The notes beneath the pieces were generated by a model that searched no databases, had not been told where the DNA came from, and saw nothing but the letters and a program-made list of their open reading frames with translations. Below are positions 27,705 through 40,745 of a stretch of DNA of 64,000 bases, one piece after another. The translations under genes were made by a program, and so were the position numbers. Source of the DNA: Octopus vulgaris (taxonomy: Eukaryota); the NCBI GenBank assembly GCA_951406725.2, contig OX597829.1, forward strand, positions 29,140,001 to 29,204,000, read 5' to 3'. Numbering within the stretch: the stretch's first letter is position 1; each line of letters begins with the position of its first letter.

Positions 27705-27912
27705 TTGAAACTGTACATACTTACATACATAGATACATGCATACATGCATGCGCACACATATATACAAACATGCATATGTAGATACATACATAGACACAT
27801 GCACTCATGTATTCATATACAGATCATATATATATATATATACATATACACACACACACATTCATGCATATATAGACGTTCATATATTTATATATATGTG
27901 CATATATATGTA

Positions 27913-27943
<31 letters not shown>

Positions 27944-27972
27944 GTGTGTATGTGTGTGTGTGCATGTGTATG

Positions 27973-28025
<53 letters not shown>

Positions 28026-28578
28026 GCAAACATACAAATGTGCATACATGTGTGTGTGTGCATGCACGCGTGCGTGAGTGTGCAAGGTGTGGGAAGAGGA
28101 GGAGGAGGAGGAGGAGGAGGAGGAGGAGGAGGAGTAAGGGAAGGAGGAGGCGGCGGCGGCGGCGGCGGCGGCGGTGGTACGGGTGGTAGTGCGGGTAGTG
28201 GGTGCTTATAAGACATATCTTTAAGTCCAGATGGTAAAGAAATTTGGATGTCTGTTTTGTATCAAATATTTGAGATGATGTTTCACCATCTGTGCCGCCC
28301 CACTCCCCCCTACCCCCGTCCCCACTCATCCCACCCCCACCCCCGTCCCCACCCCACCCCCTTCTCCTTCAGCTGCCAGCTTACCATTTTAAATTCCATA
28401 ACATCTTATGTCTGATAGCTTATTCTGAAAGAGATTTCAGGCATTGAAATACACCCTCACTTTTTTTACATCTATCAAAATAAGATCTCACTTAAAATAT
28501 TCTCTAAATGCATCTTCATTGGTTTTATTTCTTTTTTTTTTATTCTTTTTTTGCTTAATTTTTGTTTTTATAATTCAA

Positions 28579-28609
<31 letters not shown>

Positions 28610-28731
28610 AAAGGAGTTTTTTTTTTTTTTTGGTACATCACGAGGTTTATGAATTTCATATATTAAATGTGAATGATTCATTTATTTTCTGTGTTTTAGG
28701 TGTTTGTGTGTGTGTGTGCGCGCGTATGTGC

Positions 28732-28772
<41 letters not shown>

Positions 28773-29722
28773 CATGTGCACACATGCACATGTTTGTGCT
28801 TGTGTTTGTGAATGCGTGCATGTGTGAGTGAATGTGTGTTGTGTGTGTGTGTGTGTGTATGTGTGCTTCAGTATGTGTTTGAGTTTGTGTGGGGGGGGGT
28901 TGCATACATATGTGTATGCCTGTGCGTTCGTACGTGTATGCCTGTGCGTGAGTGTCTTTGCATGTGTTTTTGTGTATGAGTTTGTATGAGTATTAGTGTT
29001 TGTGTTTGTGTTTTTGTGTGTGTGTTTGTGTGTGTGTGCGTGAGGTGTGTGTGTGTTTGTGTGTGTTTGTGTGTGTTTGTGTGTGTTTGTGTGTGTGAGT
29101 GTACATGTGTCTGTCTGTGTGATTCTGTATGCTTGTGTGTGTTTGTATGTATATGTGTGTTTTTTATTGTTTTTGTTTTTTTTGTTTTTTGGGGGGTTTT
29201 TTTCATCTTTGTTTTAGGAGGGTGTGGGTAATTATGTTTTTTCCATTTTAGTGTAAAGTGCCTGTGTGGTCTTTTGATATAGGTGGTATTGGTGTATTGA
29301 GTGTAAATATATTGTTGTTGGAAGAGAGGAAGAGAGAGGGAGGGAGAGGGAGAGACAGACAGACAGATAGACAGATAGAGATTGACAGACAGTGAGAGAA
29401 ACAGAGACAGAGACAGACAAATAGACACAGAGACAAATAGACACAGAGAGAAAGGCAAAAATTCAGTGAGGGAGAGAGGAAGGGAGGGAGATAGAAGATG
29501 GACAGACAGATAGACAGAGTGATAAAGATGCAGAGACACAGATGCAAGCATACAGTGAAAAAAAGAGAAAAAGAGAAAGAAAGAGAGAGAGAGAAAGAGA
29601 CTGAGAGATGGACAAACAGAGAGACAGAGGTGGGCAGAGGTACAGAGAGACACAGACAGCCAAAGAGAGAAAAAGAAAGACAGACAGGCAAACAGAGAGG
29701 GAAAGAGGGTGAAAGGAACAGA

Positions 29723-29753
<31 letters not shown>

Positions 29754-30071
29754 GAGAGACAGTGGGAGAGAGGGAGAGAGAGAGAGAAATCTTGGTTATT
29801 TTAATGTTTGTCAAACAGCATTTGTAATACACCAAAAAAAAATCATAAAGCAGTCTTTCATTAAGTTTGTTGTTGCTGTTATCATTGTCGTTGTTGTCGA
29901 ACCACACATGACTTGAGTTAAACCTGGAGATTTATCATAGCACAAAAAAAAAACAACAGCTTGCGATTGAATATATGAGTGCAACGTGTAGGCCTGGTTG
30001 TATTAATGAAGACATAACTCAGTCCGAGTTTTAGATTATTGTGTTGTCTTGAGTGGTAACTGATGAGAAAG

Positions 30072-30305
30072 AAGGCGGCGAGCTGGCAGAAACGTTAGCA
30101 CGTCGGACGAATTGCGTAGCCGTATTTCCTCTGCCGTTACGTTCTGAGTTCAAATTCCGCCGAGGTCGACTTTGCCTTTCATCCTTTCGGGGTCGATTAA
30201 TTAAGTACCAGTTACACACTGGGGGTCGATGTAATCGACTTAATACCTATGTCTGTCCTTGTTTGTCCCCTCTGTGTTTAGCCCCTTGTGGGTAATAAAG
30301 AAATA
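30072..30305 (+). mobile_element. Young full-length SINE family B with 17 bp TSD
   Basis: TSD ggtaactgatgagaaag at 30055-30071 and 30306-30322; CpGs intact. Confidence 0.92.
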
Positions 30306-30739
30306 GGTAACTGATGAGAAAGGGTAGTGAGGAGATGAAGGTAGTAGTGATTGGGGGGGCGTTGTGAGGGACGTCGCGATGGTGGTGGTCATCGTCATCG
30401 TTGTTGTCATCATCGTTGTCATCATCGTTATCATTAGTAAAAGTGAATGAAAATGTTGTAAGCAGATGTGACCATGATGATACATTGAGTGTTGTGGTTG
30501 AATGAATACAGAATTATGTGATGCTGTTGTGTGCTGTTGCTTATGAAAACATGTGACAGAAACAGTGAATTGGCAGGGAGGGTCATTAGAATATTCGGAT
30601 AGAATGTGTCACCACATTTGTTCTGGTTCTCTGATTCTCTATGCTTTGAGGTTTGGATCCCACTGAAGTCAACTTTGCCTTTTGTCCTTTTGAAGTCAAT
30701 GAAAAAAAAAATCGCATCAAACCAAAAAAATGGATTGGC

Positions 30740-32340
30740 AGAACTTTTAGAGGGTCTAGAAACATACTCCTATCTGAGACCTGAAAAATGTCAGCAATTG
30801 TTAGAGGCTGAAATATTCTATAGTTCTGGAAAGAGGAGCCAAAGTTTGGGATGCAGACCTAGCTATGTTATATACCTGTATATATACCTGCTTTCACTAA
30901 CCGAGGTCTTCGATATTACTGAGGCCCAGCATTTGGAACCAATGTGAGCGCTCTGCGTGCATTTATGTTGAAAGGCAGCATTGTAGTGTTTTCCTAATGA
31001 ACAGTACTTGAATTTTTCTCTCTTTTTTTTCCTGCTAAAAGACAGAAAATTTGCATGGCCCCACTGGAGGATATGCTCTCAAGGTCTGAAACCAATTGAG
31101 ATTTGGCTTGCAATGTCTAGGTTGCATGTTGATGATGCATGGTGAGGAATGTTAGGTGAAAATAAAGAGTTGGATTAACTGCATAAGCGTGAGTGTTAGT
31201 GCATGTATAGAAGGAAAAAAATAGGGGACAGAACCAAACCCTGGAACACACCAGAGTTGATTGAAAGTGGGACTCAAAGAGTTCTGTCAAGACATGTAAT
31301 AGTGGAATCTGATAGAAACCCACTCATTCTAGAGTATGAAGTGGGTGGAGTCCACAGACAAGAAGTTTTGATTAGGGATTTGATGCTAGACATTTCAAAG
31401 GCTTTCTTGGTATTTAGAGCAACAACACTGATTTTTGCCAATCTTCTCAAGAGTTGCATTTTGTGAGCAACAAAAAATGTAGGTTTCTAGTAGATATGGC
31501 TCTGTGAAAGCTATACTGAGTGGAGAGTGAGATGAATGTTTCCATTATCTTAGAGATATTAGAGGCGAGAGCAGTAGAATAATTGTTTGTAGATTTAAAG
31601 GGTTTGTTGTCTTTAGAATGGGACACACTGAAGTGATCTTCCAAATATCAAGGAATATATCCATAGAAAGTTAGAGATTAAAGAGTTTGATGTGCATGGT
31701 TGCACGTTTTGTGGTAGATTGTTTAAGTGTTTAACAGAAGGGATATTTTCAGAGCCAGTGGAGTATCGGAAGTATTTATTGTATGTGAACAGAGTGAGGA
31801 GCCTGGTGGAATATACAGAGGTAGACATAGAGGAGACTAAAATGTGAAGCTGGAGGCAAAGTGGGCAGCAAAAATAGGATCTTTCTCCTTGGGAAAGTAC
31901 TATTTATGGGATCATCAGTGTTAAGAAGGGGTTCTATAAACTTGGTCGGGATCCTTTTGGAAAGGGACCAGAAGAATCAGTAGCATTATGGAAGGAAAGA
32001 AAGAAGGAAAGCTTGAGGAAACAATATTGCTCAAATGCATCTTTTGCAGAGCAGATTGTGGTCCAGCAAGAGTTGTTTCTGTTTGATGAAAATCCACCCA
32101 TTTGTTGAGAGTGGGTGAGACTCTCTCCAGGGGTTGTAAGCCTTGTTTTTCACCCAAAGAATTACAGGGAAAATCTTTGAGTGAATGAGGTCTGATTAAG
32201 GAGACTTTTGATCAAACATGCTCCAGTGATGACTGCTCTGTCTTATGGTATGGCCAAGACCACTTTTACCAATGTGATCTTCCATTAGGAAGATCACAAT
32301 AAGCCGGAGCATGAGAAATGAGGTTATATTCCTGTTCATA
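30740..32340 (-). pseudogene. Highly decayed LINE (CR1/Jockey-group) RT region
   Basis: NNYSTALASNISKIMETFI, VVALNTKKAF, SGFLSDSTI and GVPQGS-like remnants. Confidence 0.6.
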
Positions 32341-32393
32341 ACACAACAATCATGTTAAGTCTAATTTTTTATGTTGTTGTTGTTTTGTGTATA

Positions 32394-32424
<31 letters not shown>

Positions 32425-32603
32425 ATGTGTGTGTGTGTGTGAGAGAGAGAGTGTGTGAGTGCATGAGTATGTTGCTATAATACAGCCCTATATATGTGAG
32501 TAGTGCTCCAATGAATTTTGTAGTGTCAGCAGCTAATGAAGATTTGAATATTTTCTGAAATACTGCAGTTTTCCTATTATTGTTGTTGTTGTTCTTCTTC
32601 TTC

Positions 32604-32647
<44 letters not shown>

Positions 32648-32888
32648 TTGATGATGATGATGATGACGACGACGACGACGACGACGATGATGATGATGAT
32701 GATGATATATTGTTGTATAAAAAATTTTATATATAGGCATGGCCGTGTAGTAAGAAGCTTGCTTCCCAACCATATGGTTCCGGGTTCAGTCCCAATGCAT
32801 GGCACCTTGGGCAAGGGTCTTCTACTATAGGCTGACCAAAGCCTTGTGAGTGGATTTGGAAGAAAGAAACTGAAAGAAGCCTGTCATA

Positions 32889-33255
<367 letters not shown>

Positions 33256-33260
33256 TATAT

Positions 33261-33508
33261 ATCATCATCATCATCATCATCATCATCGTTTAACGTCCGT
33301 TTTCCGCGCTAGCACGGGTTGGACGGTTTCGACCGGGGTCTGGGGAGCTAGGGACTGCCCCAGGCTCCAGTCTGGTCTGGTAGTGTTTCTACAGCTGGAT
33401 GCCCTTCCTAACGCCAACCACTCCGCGAGTGTAGTGGGTGCTTTTTACGTGCCACCTGCACAGGTGCCAGAGGGGTCTGGCATCGGCCACGTTCGGATGG
33501 TGCTTTTT
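33261..33508 (-). mobile_element. RTE 3' UTR fragment
   Basis: Reverse complement of the 13050-13287 type sequence with an (ATC)n tail. Confidence 0.85.
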
Positions 33509-33509
33509 A

Positions 33510-34150
33510 GGGGGGGGGGCAGGAATATAGGGGAGCACCAGTGGGGAGGGGTGGTTCAGAGAAATGATGACAGGTTGTGGGCAAGTAGAAGGTAGGATAT
33601 CAAGAGAGGGGTAATGCATGGTAAAATAGCGTATTGAAGAGGGGGGTTCGAAGAGAAGACACCTATAATGGTGGTGGGAGAAGCGACATCCGGTATAGAT
33701 GGAGAAAAATAGAGATATCCGGTATTGGTGGTGGGGGTGGGCAGGGCGGGTGCACCGCGATACACGAAGGTCAATCATATAACGAGAGGAGAAATGAACA
33801 AATCAGACAAAATAGATAGAAATCAGATAAAATAGTTAGATAGATAGAGAAACATGTATGATCAGTCTAGGAGTGAAAATAGGCATTCAAACTTATCTGT
33901 GCACGGGATTATATAGCTGGTAGATGAGGTAGATGAATGAGAGAGAGAGCACATGTTGTGGGTTGCCTTCTAAGTAAAAAGTTGTCCGGAAGAGGGATTT
34001 TTGGAGAAGGCGGAAGTGTATTAAAGGAAACAGGTTTCAAGATGGCGAATCGAAGGTCGATCATATAACGAGAGGAGAAATGAACAAATCAGACAAAATA
34101 GATAGAAATCAGATAAAATAGTTAGATAGATAGAGAAACATGTATGATCA

Positions 34151-34155
<5 letters not shown>
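33510..34155. mobile_element. Unclassified element with a 105 bp direct repeat (pLTR-like)
   Basis: 33765-33869 and 34051-34155 differ by one base; ends in (TA)n. Confidence 0.6.
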
Positions 34156-34214
<59 letters not shown>

Positions 34215-34215
<1 letters not shown>

Positions 34216-34453
34216 ATGTGATTGAGTATTATCTGGTAATTGATATTTGATTTAGATGTATTTCTCCATTTTCTTATATTGTATTAGTAATTTGTGGTAA
34301 ATCATTTTACCTTTGCCCATATAATACAATAAATGAATTGATTGCATTGCAATCATTAACATTTATGTATTAACTTTGTTGGGTACTTCACTAGCAGTAT
34401 ATTGGATATACGTTATCCCATAGAGGGTTGCATTTACAACCCCTATCTCAATT

Positions 34454-34458
<5 letters not shown>
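34215..34458 (+). mobile_element. 3' fragment of the same PLE-like family as 24750-25330
   Basis: Reverse-complement similarity to 24752-24940; TA flanks. Confidence 0.7.
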
Positions 34459-34494
<36 letters not shown>

Positions 34495-34577
34495 GTATAT
34501 ATATATATTTAGTGACAATTATTCTCCTTTTTTGGTGAAACATAGGAAACTTGCTGTTTATATTAATTTTGTGTATA

Positions 34578-35869
34578 CGAGGGGCGTTCAATAAGTAATG
34601 CCTCTGACCCACTTGCAGTTCTTTGATCTAGCTGAAATTTTGCAAGTGCAATTATTTATATCTCTATAGATTAAGTGGCAAATTACAGCTCTGAACTAAT
34701 TGTGGTTTCTGATTTACAGGTGTTTGAACTGAGTCAGGTGTGAAATGGAGCCTGTTGAGTGTCGAGCAGTGATCCGGTTTTTGTATTTGAAAGGACGCAC
34801 ACCACGGGAAACTTTTGATGAAATGAAAGTAACTTATGGTGATGATGCCCCATCATATGACCTTGTAAAACGCTGGCATCGTGAATTCAAACTTGGTCGG
34901 AACTCTGTGGAAACAGCTCCCAGATCTGGTCGCCCCCTTCTGCCATTGATGAGGCATCTGTCCGTCAAGTTGAGGCTGCCATTTTGGAAGATCGACGCAT
35001 AACTATTCGCCAAATAGCCCATGAAGTCAAGATTAGTACCGGGTCTGTGGAAACTATCATTCATGACCATTTACATATGCAAAAGGTGTCTGCCAGATGG
35101 ATTCCCAGGTTGCTCACACCTTTCCAGAAGCAAGAACGCGTCGAATGCTCGAGGATAAATTTGGAGATGTGCCAAGAAGATGAGTCAAAATATTTCAAAA
35201 GACTGATTACACGGGATGAAACCTGGGTCCATCACTATGATCCAGAGACCAAAGCCCAGTCAATGCAGTGGAAGCGCCGTGACTTACCTCCTCCAAAGAA
35301 GGCAAGGGTGCAGCCCTCCGCTGGCAAGGTCACGCTCACAGTCTTCTGGGACCAGGACGGAGTAGTGATGACAGATTTTCTGGCAAAGGGTACCACAATT
35401 ACAGGAGCCTATTATGCTTCACTTTTGAGGAAATTAAGGGGAGCTATCAAAATCAAGAGGCGGGGAAAGATCAGAAAAGGCATCCTCCTCCTGCAGGACA
35501 ACACTCCGGTCCACAACTCGCGTGTCGCCAGATCAAAAGCACAGGCGTGCGGCTATGAACTTCTCCCCCATCCCTCCTACTCTCCAGATCTTGCACCCTC
35601 TGATTTTCACCTCTTCCCACCCATGAAGTTGTTTTTGAAAGGAAAGCGTTTACCAGATGATGCAGCCTTGATTTCTGAAGTCACGTCGTGGTTGGAGGAC
35701 CAAGCTGGGGTCTTCTCCAAAAACGGTATCCAGAGCTGCATCAAACAATGGGAGAAATGCGTAACTCTGAGTGGTTCCTATGTAGAAAAAGACTAATACC
35801 TGTGCCGAGTTTTGTTGCTCTACTACTATGGGAAGTGGGTCAGGGGCATTACTTATTGAACGCCCCTCG
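34578..35869 (+). mobile_element. Full-length mariner (DD34D, irritans-like), 1292 bp
   Basis: TIRs cgaggggcgttcaataagtaatgcc / ggcattacttattgaacgcccctcg, TA TSD. Confidence 0.95.
34745..35796 (+). pseudogene. Mariner transposase with a single frameshift near 34940
   Basis: MEPVECRAVIRFL...WIPRLL...RDETWV...QDNTPVH...YSPDLAPSDFHLF across two overlapping ORFs. Confidence 0.92.
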
Positions 35870-35968
35870 TACACATTAGAAAATCGCTAAATCATACATT
35901 AATTTGGATGACGGAACCATAAAAACTAATAGAGAAACAGGTCTGGAAAAAGCCGAACACTGAGCAGG

Positions 35969-36017
35969 CTTAACTGATGAGGCAACAGAAACTGCTGAAA
36001 CTGATGTCAGTCTTAAG
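35969..36017 (+). ncRNA. Type I hammerhead ribozyme, canonical GUC site
   Basis: cttaa-CTGATGA-ggca acagaaac tgct-GAAA-ctga tg tcag-TC-ttaag. Confidence 0.9.
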
Positions 36018-36193
36018 AATTTTCTGTTTGCATTTTCCAAACAATTATGGTCCCTATTAGATAATTCTCCATTTTGGTGAAACATTGCAACCTGCTGTTT
36101 ATATTAATCTATATATATATGTTCTTATGTATATATGTATATATGTATATATGTATATATGTATATATGTATATGTGTATATATATATATATA

Positions 36194-36339
36194 TATTGGC
36201 CAGCTACTAGCCAGTTGTTCGCCTTACACACATACACACACACACACACACACACATACACACATACATGCATGCACACATACATACATACACACATACA
36301 TACATACATACATACACACACACACTTACACACATACAT

Positions 36340-36374
<35 letters not shown>

Positions 36375-36431
36375 TACATACATACATACACATACATACA
36401 CACACACACATACACACACACACATACACAC

Positions 36432-36465
<34 letters not shown>

Positions 36466-37327
36466 GGGGTTGGCTGTATTGCAGGTGTGCGTCAGTGTAT
36501 GTATGTGTGTGCCTGTGGATTCACATACACCCACACCGATTTTTTTTCCATCAATCTTTCAATTATAAAGTGTGTGCTTGCATACATACATATACACACA
36601 TACAAACCTCTACATTTGTACACACTCGCACATATATACATACATTCACTCGCACGCACGTACACACACACACACACATTTACATATATATACAATACAC
36701 ACACACACACATACACACGTACAAACACTCAAATTCACAAACACACCGACACATATACATACACACAATATATACCTACACGCGCACGCACACATACACA
36801 TACGTACACACATATAAGCACAGACACACACACACACATACACACACAAAAACATGCGCACATATACGCACACACACACGCACGCACCCAAAACTCACAA
36901 CCCCACGGATACACGCATATACATCCATATACGCTTACACACACACACATACAAATGCACACATACACACGCACACAATTACATGCACATACAAATGAAC
37001 CCACACATACATCCCATACACACGGCACACAACTATACATACACGCACACAATTATACATACATATATATACACACACACGCACGTACAAGCACACACAC
37101 ACACATACACTAAGTTAAGCACAGTTACTCACCATACATCCAAACTCTACGCACACACACACGAACACACAGATACACACGCACACACTACAAACAAAAC
37201 ACACACACGATACATATACATACACGCACACACACATACCTCTTTGTTTTTGACCTGTGGCTGGACCCAAAAACACCACTCCTTAATTCTTTCATACTGG
37301 CCAGCTATTAGCCAGTTGTTCGCCATA

Positions 37328-37389
<62 letters not shown>

Positions 37390-37770
37390 TCATCATTGCA
37401 CACATACACACACACACGCGCACACACAGACCTCCCCGCACGCACACATCCACACACAATCCCCCTCTCACTTTCTTTACCATACTGTCTTTGAAAACTC
37501 TCCTGTCTTTAAAAAACATTATTCTTCCACCTTTCTACTTCCGGTCTTTCAACATGTGACCTCATGAGTACCACTGGCCATTTTTTTCCTCTGTCTTCCC
37601 TTCTCGGGATCTTTCCTTCTCTTATGTTTCCGACGAAGAGCTCCACTTGAAACGTTAAACCCTCCTTCTTCCCTTCTTTCCTGAGCGTCCAATAATACTT
37701 TATTTGTAACACGTCCTCGCGTTGTTGTGTTTTTTTGTTTTTGTGTTTTTCTTGTTTGGATTAACTTTAT
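36194..37770 (+). mobile_element. CA-rich PLE-derived element ending in a variant minimal HHR (37626-37660)
   Basis: Direct repeat tggccagcta(c/t)tagccagttgttcgcc at about 36197 and 37298; gttt-CCGACGA-agagc tcc actt-GAAA-cg-TT-aaac; downstream ttcctgagcg shared with 33141. Confidence 0.55.
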
Positions 37771-37810
37771 ATATATATGTGTGTGTGTGTGTGTGCAATA
37801 TATATATATA

Positions 37811-38222
37811 TATAAATTAGAAAAAACCACCTTTTATCAATTCAAAACGAAAAATTAAATTACACCATCTAGAAAATTACATATAATAGAAATATTAAAT
37901 ATAAGATAAAAAAATATACTGATGATTAAGTAATGTGCAAAATAATAAATAAAACGTATATATAAAGTATATATACCTTATATATACGTTTTATTTATTA
38001 TTTTGCACATTACTTAATCATCAGTATATTTTTTATCTTATATTTAATATTTCTATTATATGTAATTTTCTAGATGGTGTAATTTAATTTTTCATTTTGA
38101 ATTGATAAAAGGTGGGTTTTTTTCTAATTTATATATATATTAGATTTTGTGAAATTTGATTTAGTATTTCTAAATTGAATTTTTCCCTGTTAGTTTGGAA
38201 TAATATTCCCTCAAATTATTAT
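37811..38222 (+). mobile_element. Fold-back element (near-perfect palindrome 37811-38133 + tail)
   Basis: Arms of about 155 bp; tail gtgaaatttgatttag...ctaaattgaatttttccctg...ggaataatattccc. Confidence 0.8.
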
Positions 38223-38616
38223 TATATAATATATATATATAAATATAGGAGCACTCCGTTGGTTACAACAAGGGTCCCAGATGATACGATCAACAGAACA
38301 GCCTGCTTGTGAAATTAACATGCAAGTGACTGAGCAATCCACAGATATATGTACCCCTAACATAGTTCCCAGGGAGATTCAGCATAACGCAAAGTGTGAC
38401 AAGACTGGCCCTTTGAAATACAGGTACAACTCGTTTTTGTCAGCTGAGTGGACTGGAGCAACATGAAATAAAGCGTCTTGCTCAAGGACACAACACATCA
38501 CCGGGAATTGAACTCACGACCTTACAATCATGAGCTGAATGCCCTATATATATATGTGTGCTCATGACCTTACAATCGTGAGCTGAATGCCCTATATATA
38601 TACGTGCATGTATGTA

Positions 38617-40711
38617 CCATATTTCCCAGCATCGAAGACGCTACTTTTTTCCTAATATAAGTCTTGAAAATCTACCATGTCTCCTGGAGGGCAAAGGTTG
38701 CATTTTCCATAGGCATATCTTAACCCCAGAGGAAAATTGTCTATGCTAGACAGTAATCTGATCCCTTGTATACGACCACTCAGTGAAGTGTATAAATTAT
38801 ACTTTGTTAAAGTAGCAAATAAACAAAAGTAACATCAAATTTTTTTTAAATATACACAATCACAAAAGTTAATTCCCATTTGGGCAGTGTGTGCTAGATG
38901 AGGCAACTCACGAATGATATTTTACATGTGTATTTATATTGCTGGTATTGTCACTCTCTTCAAACAACCTGATTTTAAGGGAACATTATTAAAAATGCAG
39001 TTAAAAGTGTTTACAAGCAAATATTAATAACAATACAATCATAATCACTTACTCAGTCTTTCTGATGAAAGGTGTTGTGTTCAGTCAACAACATAGTCTT
39101 CCTCCTTGATCTCTGAAAGCCATGGTCTTAACTAGTTCAAACCTGGACCTGCTGATATTAGGACTGATCCGCAGCATCATAAGATTTTACAATTTTTAGT
39201 ACAACCATTATTACGGCTACCTCAAGCTGAAGATACTCTTACACAATCGACTACAAGCTACAAGTGATTGAATATGCCAAACAGCATGGCAACAGGGCTA
39301 CAGAGAGGCATTTTGGAGCACCAACTGAGAAAATGATCCACAACTGAAAGAAACAAGAGGACCTGTAGAAGCCTGCATCAAGACTTAAACATAACCTGCA
39401 TAAGACTGCAGCTAAGTGGCCAGAATTGGAGCAAGAGATGAAGGAGTGGGTAGTTGTGGAGAGGAAATTTGGGTCTTGCAGTATCAATAAAAATGATTAT
39501 TAATGAGGGCAGCTGCATGAAGTCTGGATGATTTTCATGGTACATCAAGCTGTTGTTACAGATCTATGAAGAGACATGGGCTGACAATGAGAATGAAAAC
39601 AAGAATAACACAAAAAATGCCTGAAGATTATGATAACAAAATAATCAAATTTCACAGGTTCATAATCAGTGCAAGAAAAGAGACTGACTATAAACTGGGT
39701 CAGATTAGAAACATGGATTAAGTGTCACTAACGCTTGATGTGGTATCAAATAGAACAATGGATGTTAAAGGGTCCAAAACCATAAGTGTAAAGACATTTA
39801 TACATGAGAAAACCTATTACACTGTGGTACTATTGTGTTGTGCTGATGGAACAATACTGCCACCACTGCTTATTTTCAACAGGAAAACTTTATCAAGAGA
39901 CAAAATTCCACATGGAATTTTTGTTCACATTCACCTAAAGGGGTGGATGGATGAAGTGGGAGTGAAGTTATGGCTAGATAAGGTCTGGTCAAGGTGTTCT
40001 GGTGACCTCCTTAAAAAAAACCCATCCCTTCATGTGTGGGACCAGTTTTGTGCTCACAAAACAAAGGCTATTAAAGAAAAGGTGCAGAAATTGAAAATGA
40101 AAATGGCAGTGATCCCTGGTGGTTCAACAAGCTAATTATCAGTGCTGGACCAATCAATCAACAAGCCTTATAAGGCATTTTTGAAAGAAGAGTGGAATCA
40201 GTGGATGAGAGCCAAGGACCATGACCTAACATCAACAGGTCATTTGAAAAGGCCAATAATTGCTCAAGTGTGCAAGTGGGTCCTGAAATCAGGGAACGCT
40301 GTGAAAATTGAAGTAGTAGTAAAATCATTTCAAAAATGTGGCATCAGTAATGCATTAGATGGCATAAAAGAAGACATTCTCTTTGAAGATACTTGGCACA
40401 GTATTGGCAACCCTAATGATTTTTCTGGTTTGGGGGCTAAGGATGACTTCAGTTAGTTTTCAGGATTTGAAGAGTGAAATATTTTCCTTATGCTCATACT
40501 CTTTTAGTTTTTTACTTGTTTCAGTCATTTGACTGCAGCCATGCTGGAGCACCGCCTTTAGTCGAGCAAATTGACCCCAGGACTTATTCTTTGTAAGCCT
40601 AGTACTTTTTCTATCGGTCTCTTTTGCCGAACCACTAAGTTACAGGGATGTAAACACACCAGTTGTCAAGTGATGTTGGGGGGGACAAACACAGACACAC
40701 AAACATATACG

Positions 40712-40745
<34 letters not shown>

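Noticed and set aside
28210-28300. Possible pre-miRNA hairpin (cagatggtaaa / tttcaccatctg)
   Set aside because: Large asymmetric bulge and a competing fold; the stem is too short.
30055-30322. CTGATGA twice, suggesting hammerheads
   Set aside because: It is the 17 bp target-site duplication of a SINE; no stem II or stem III.
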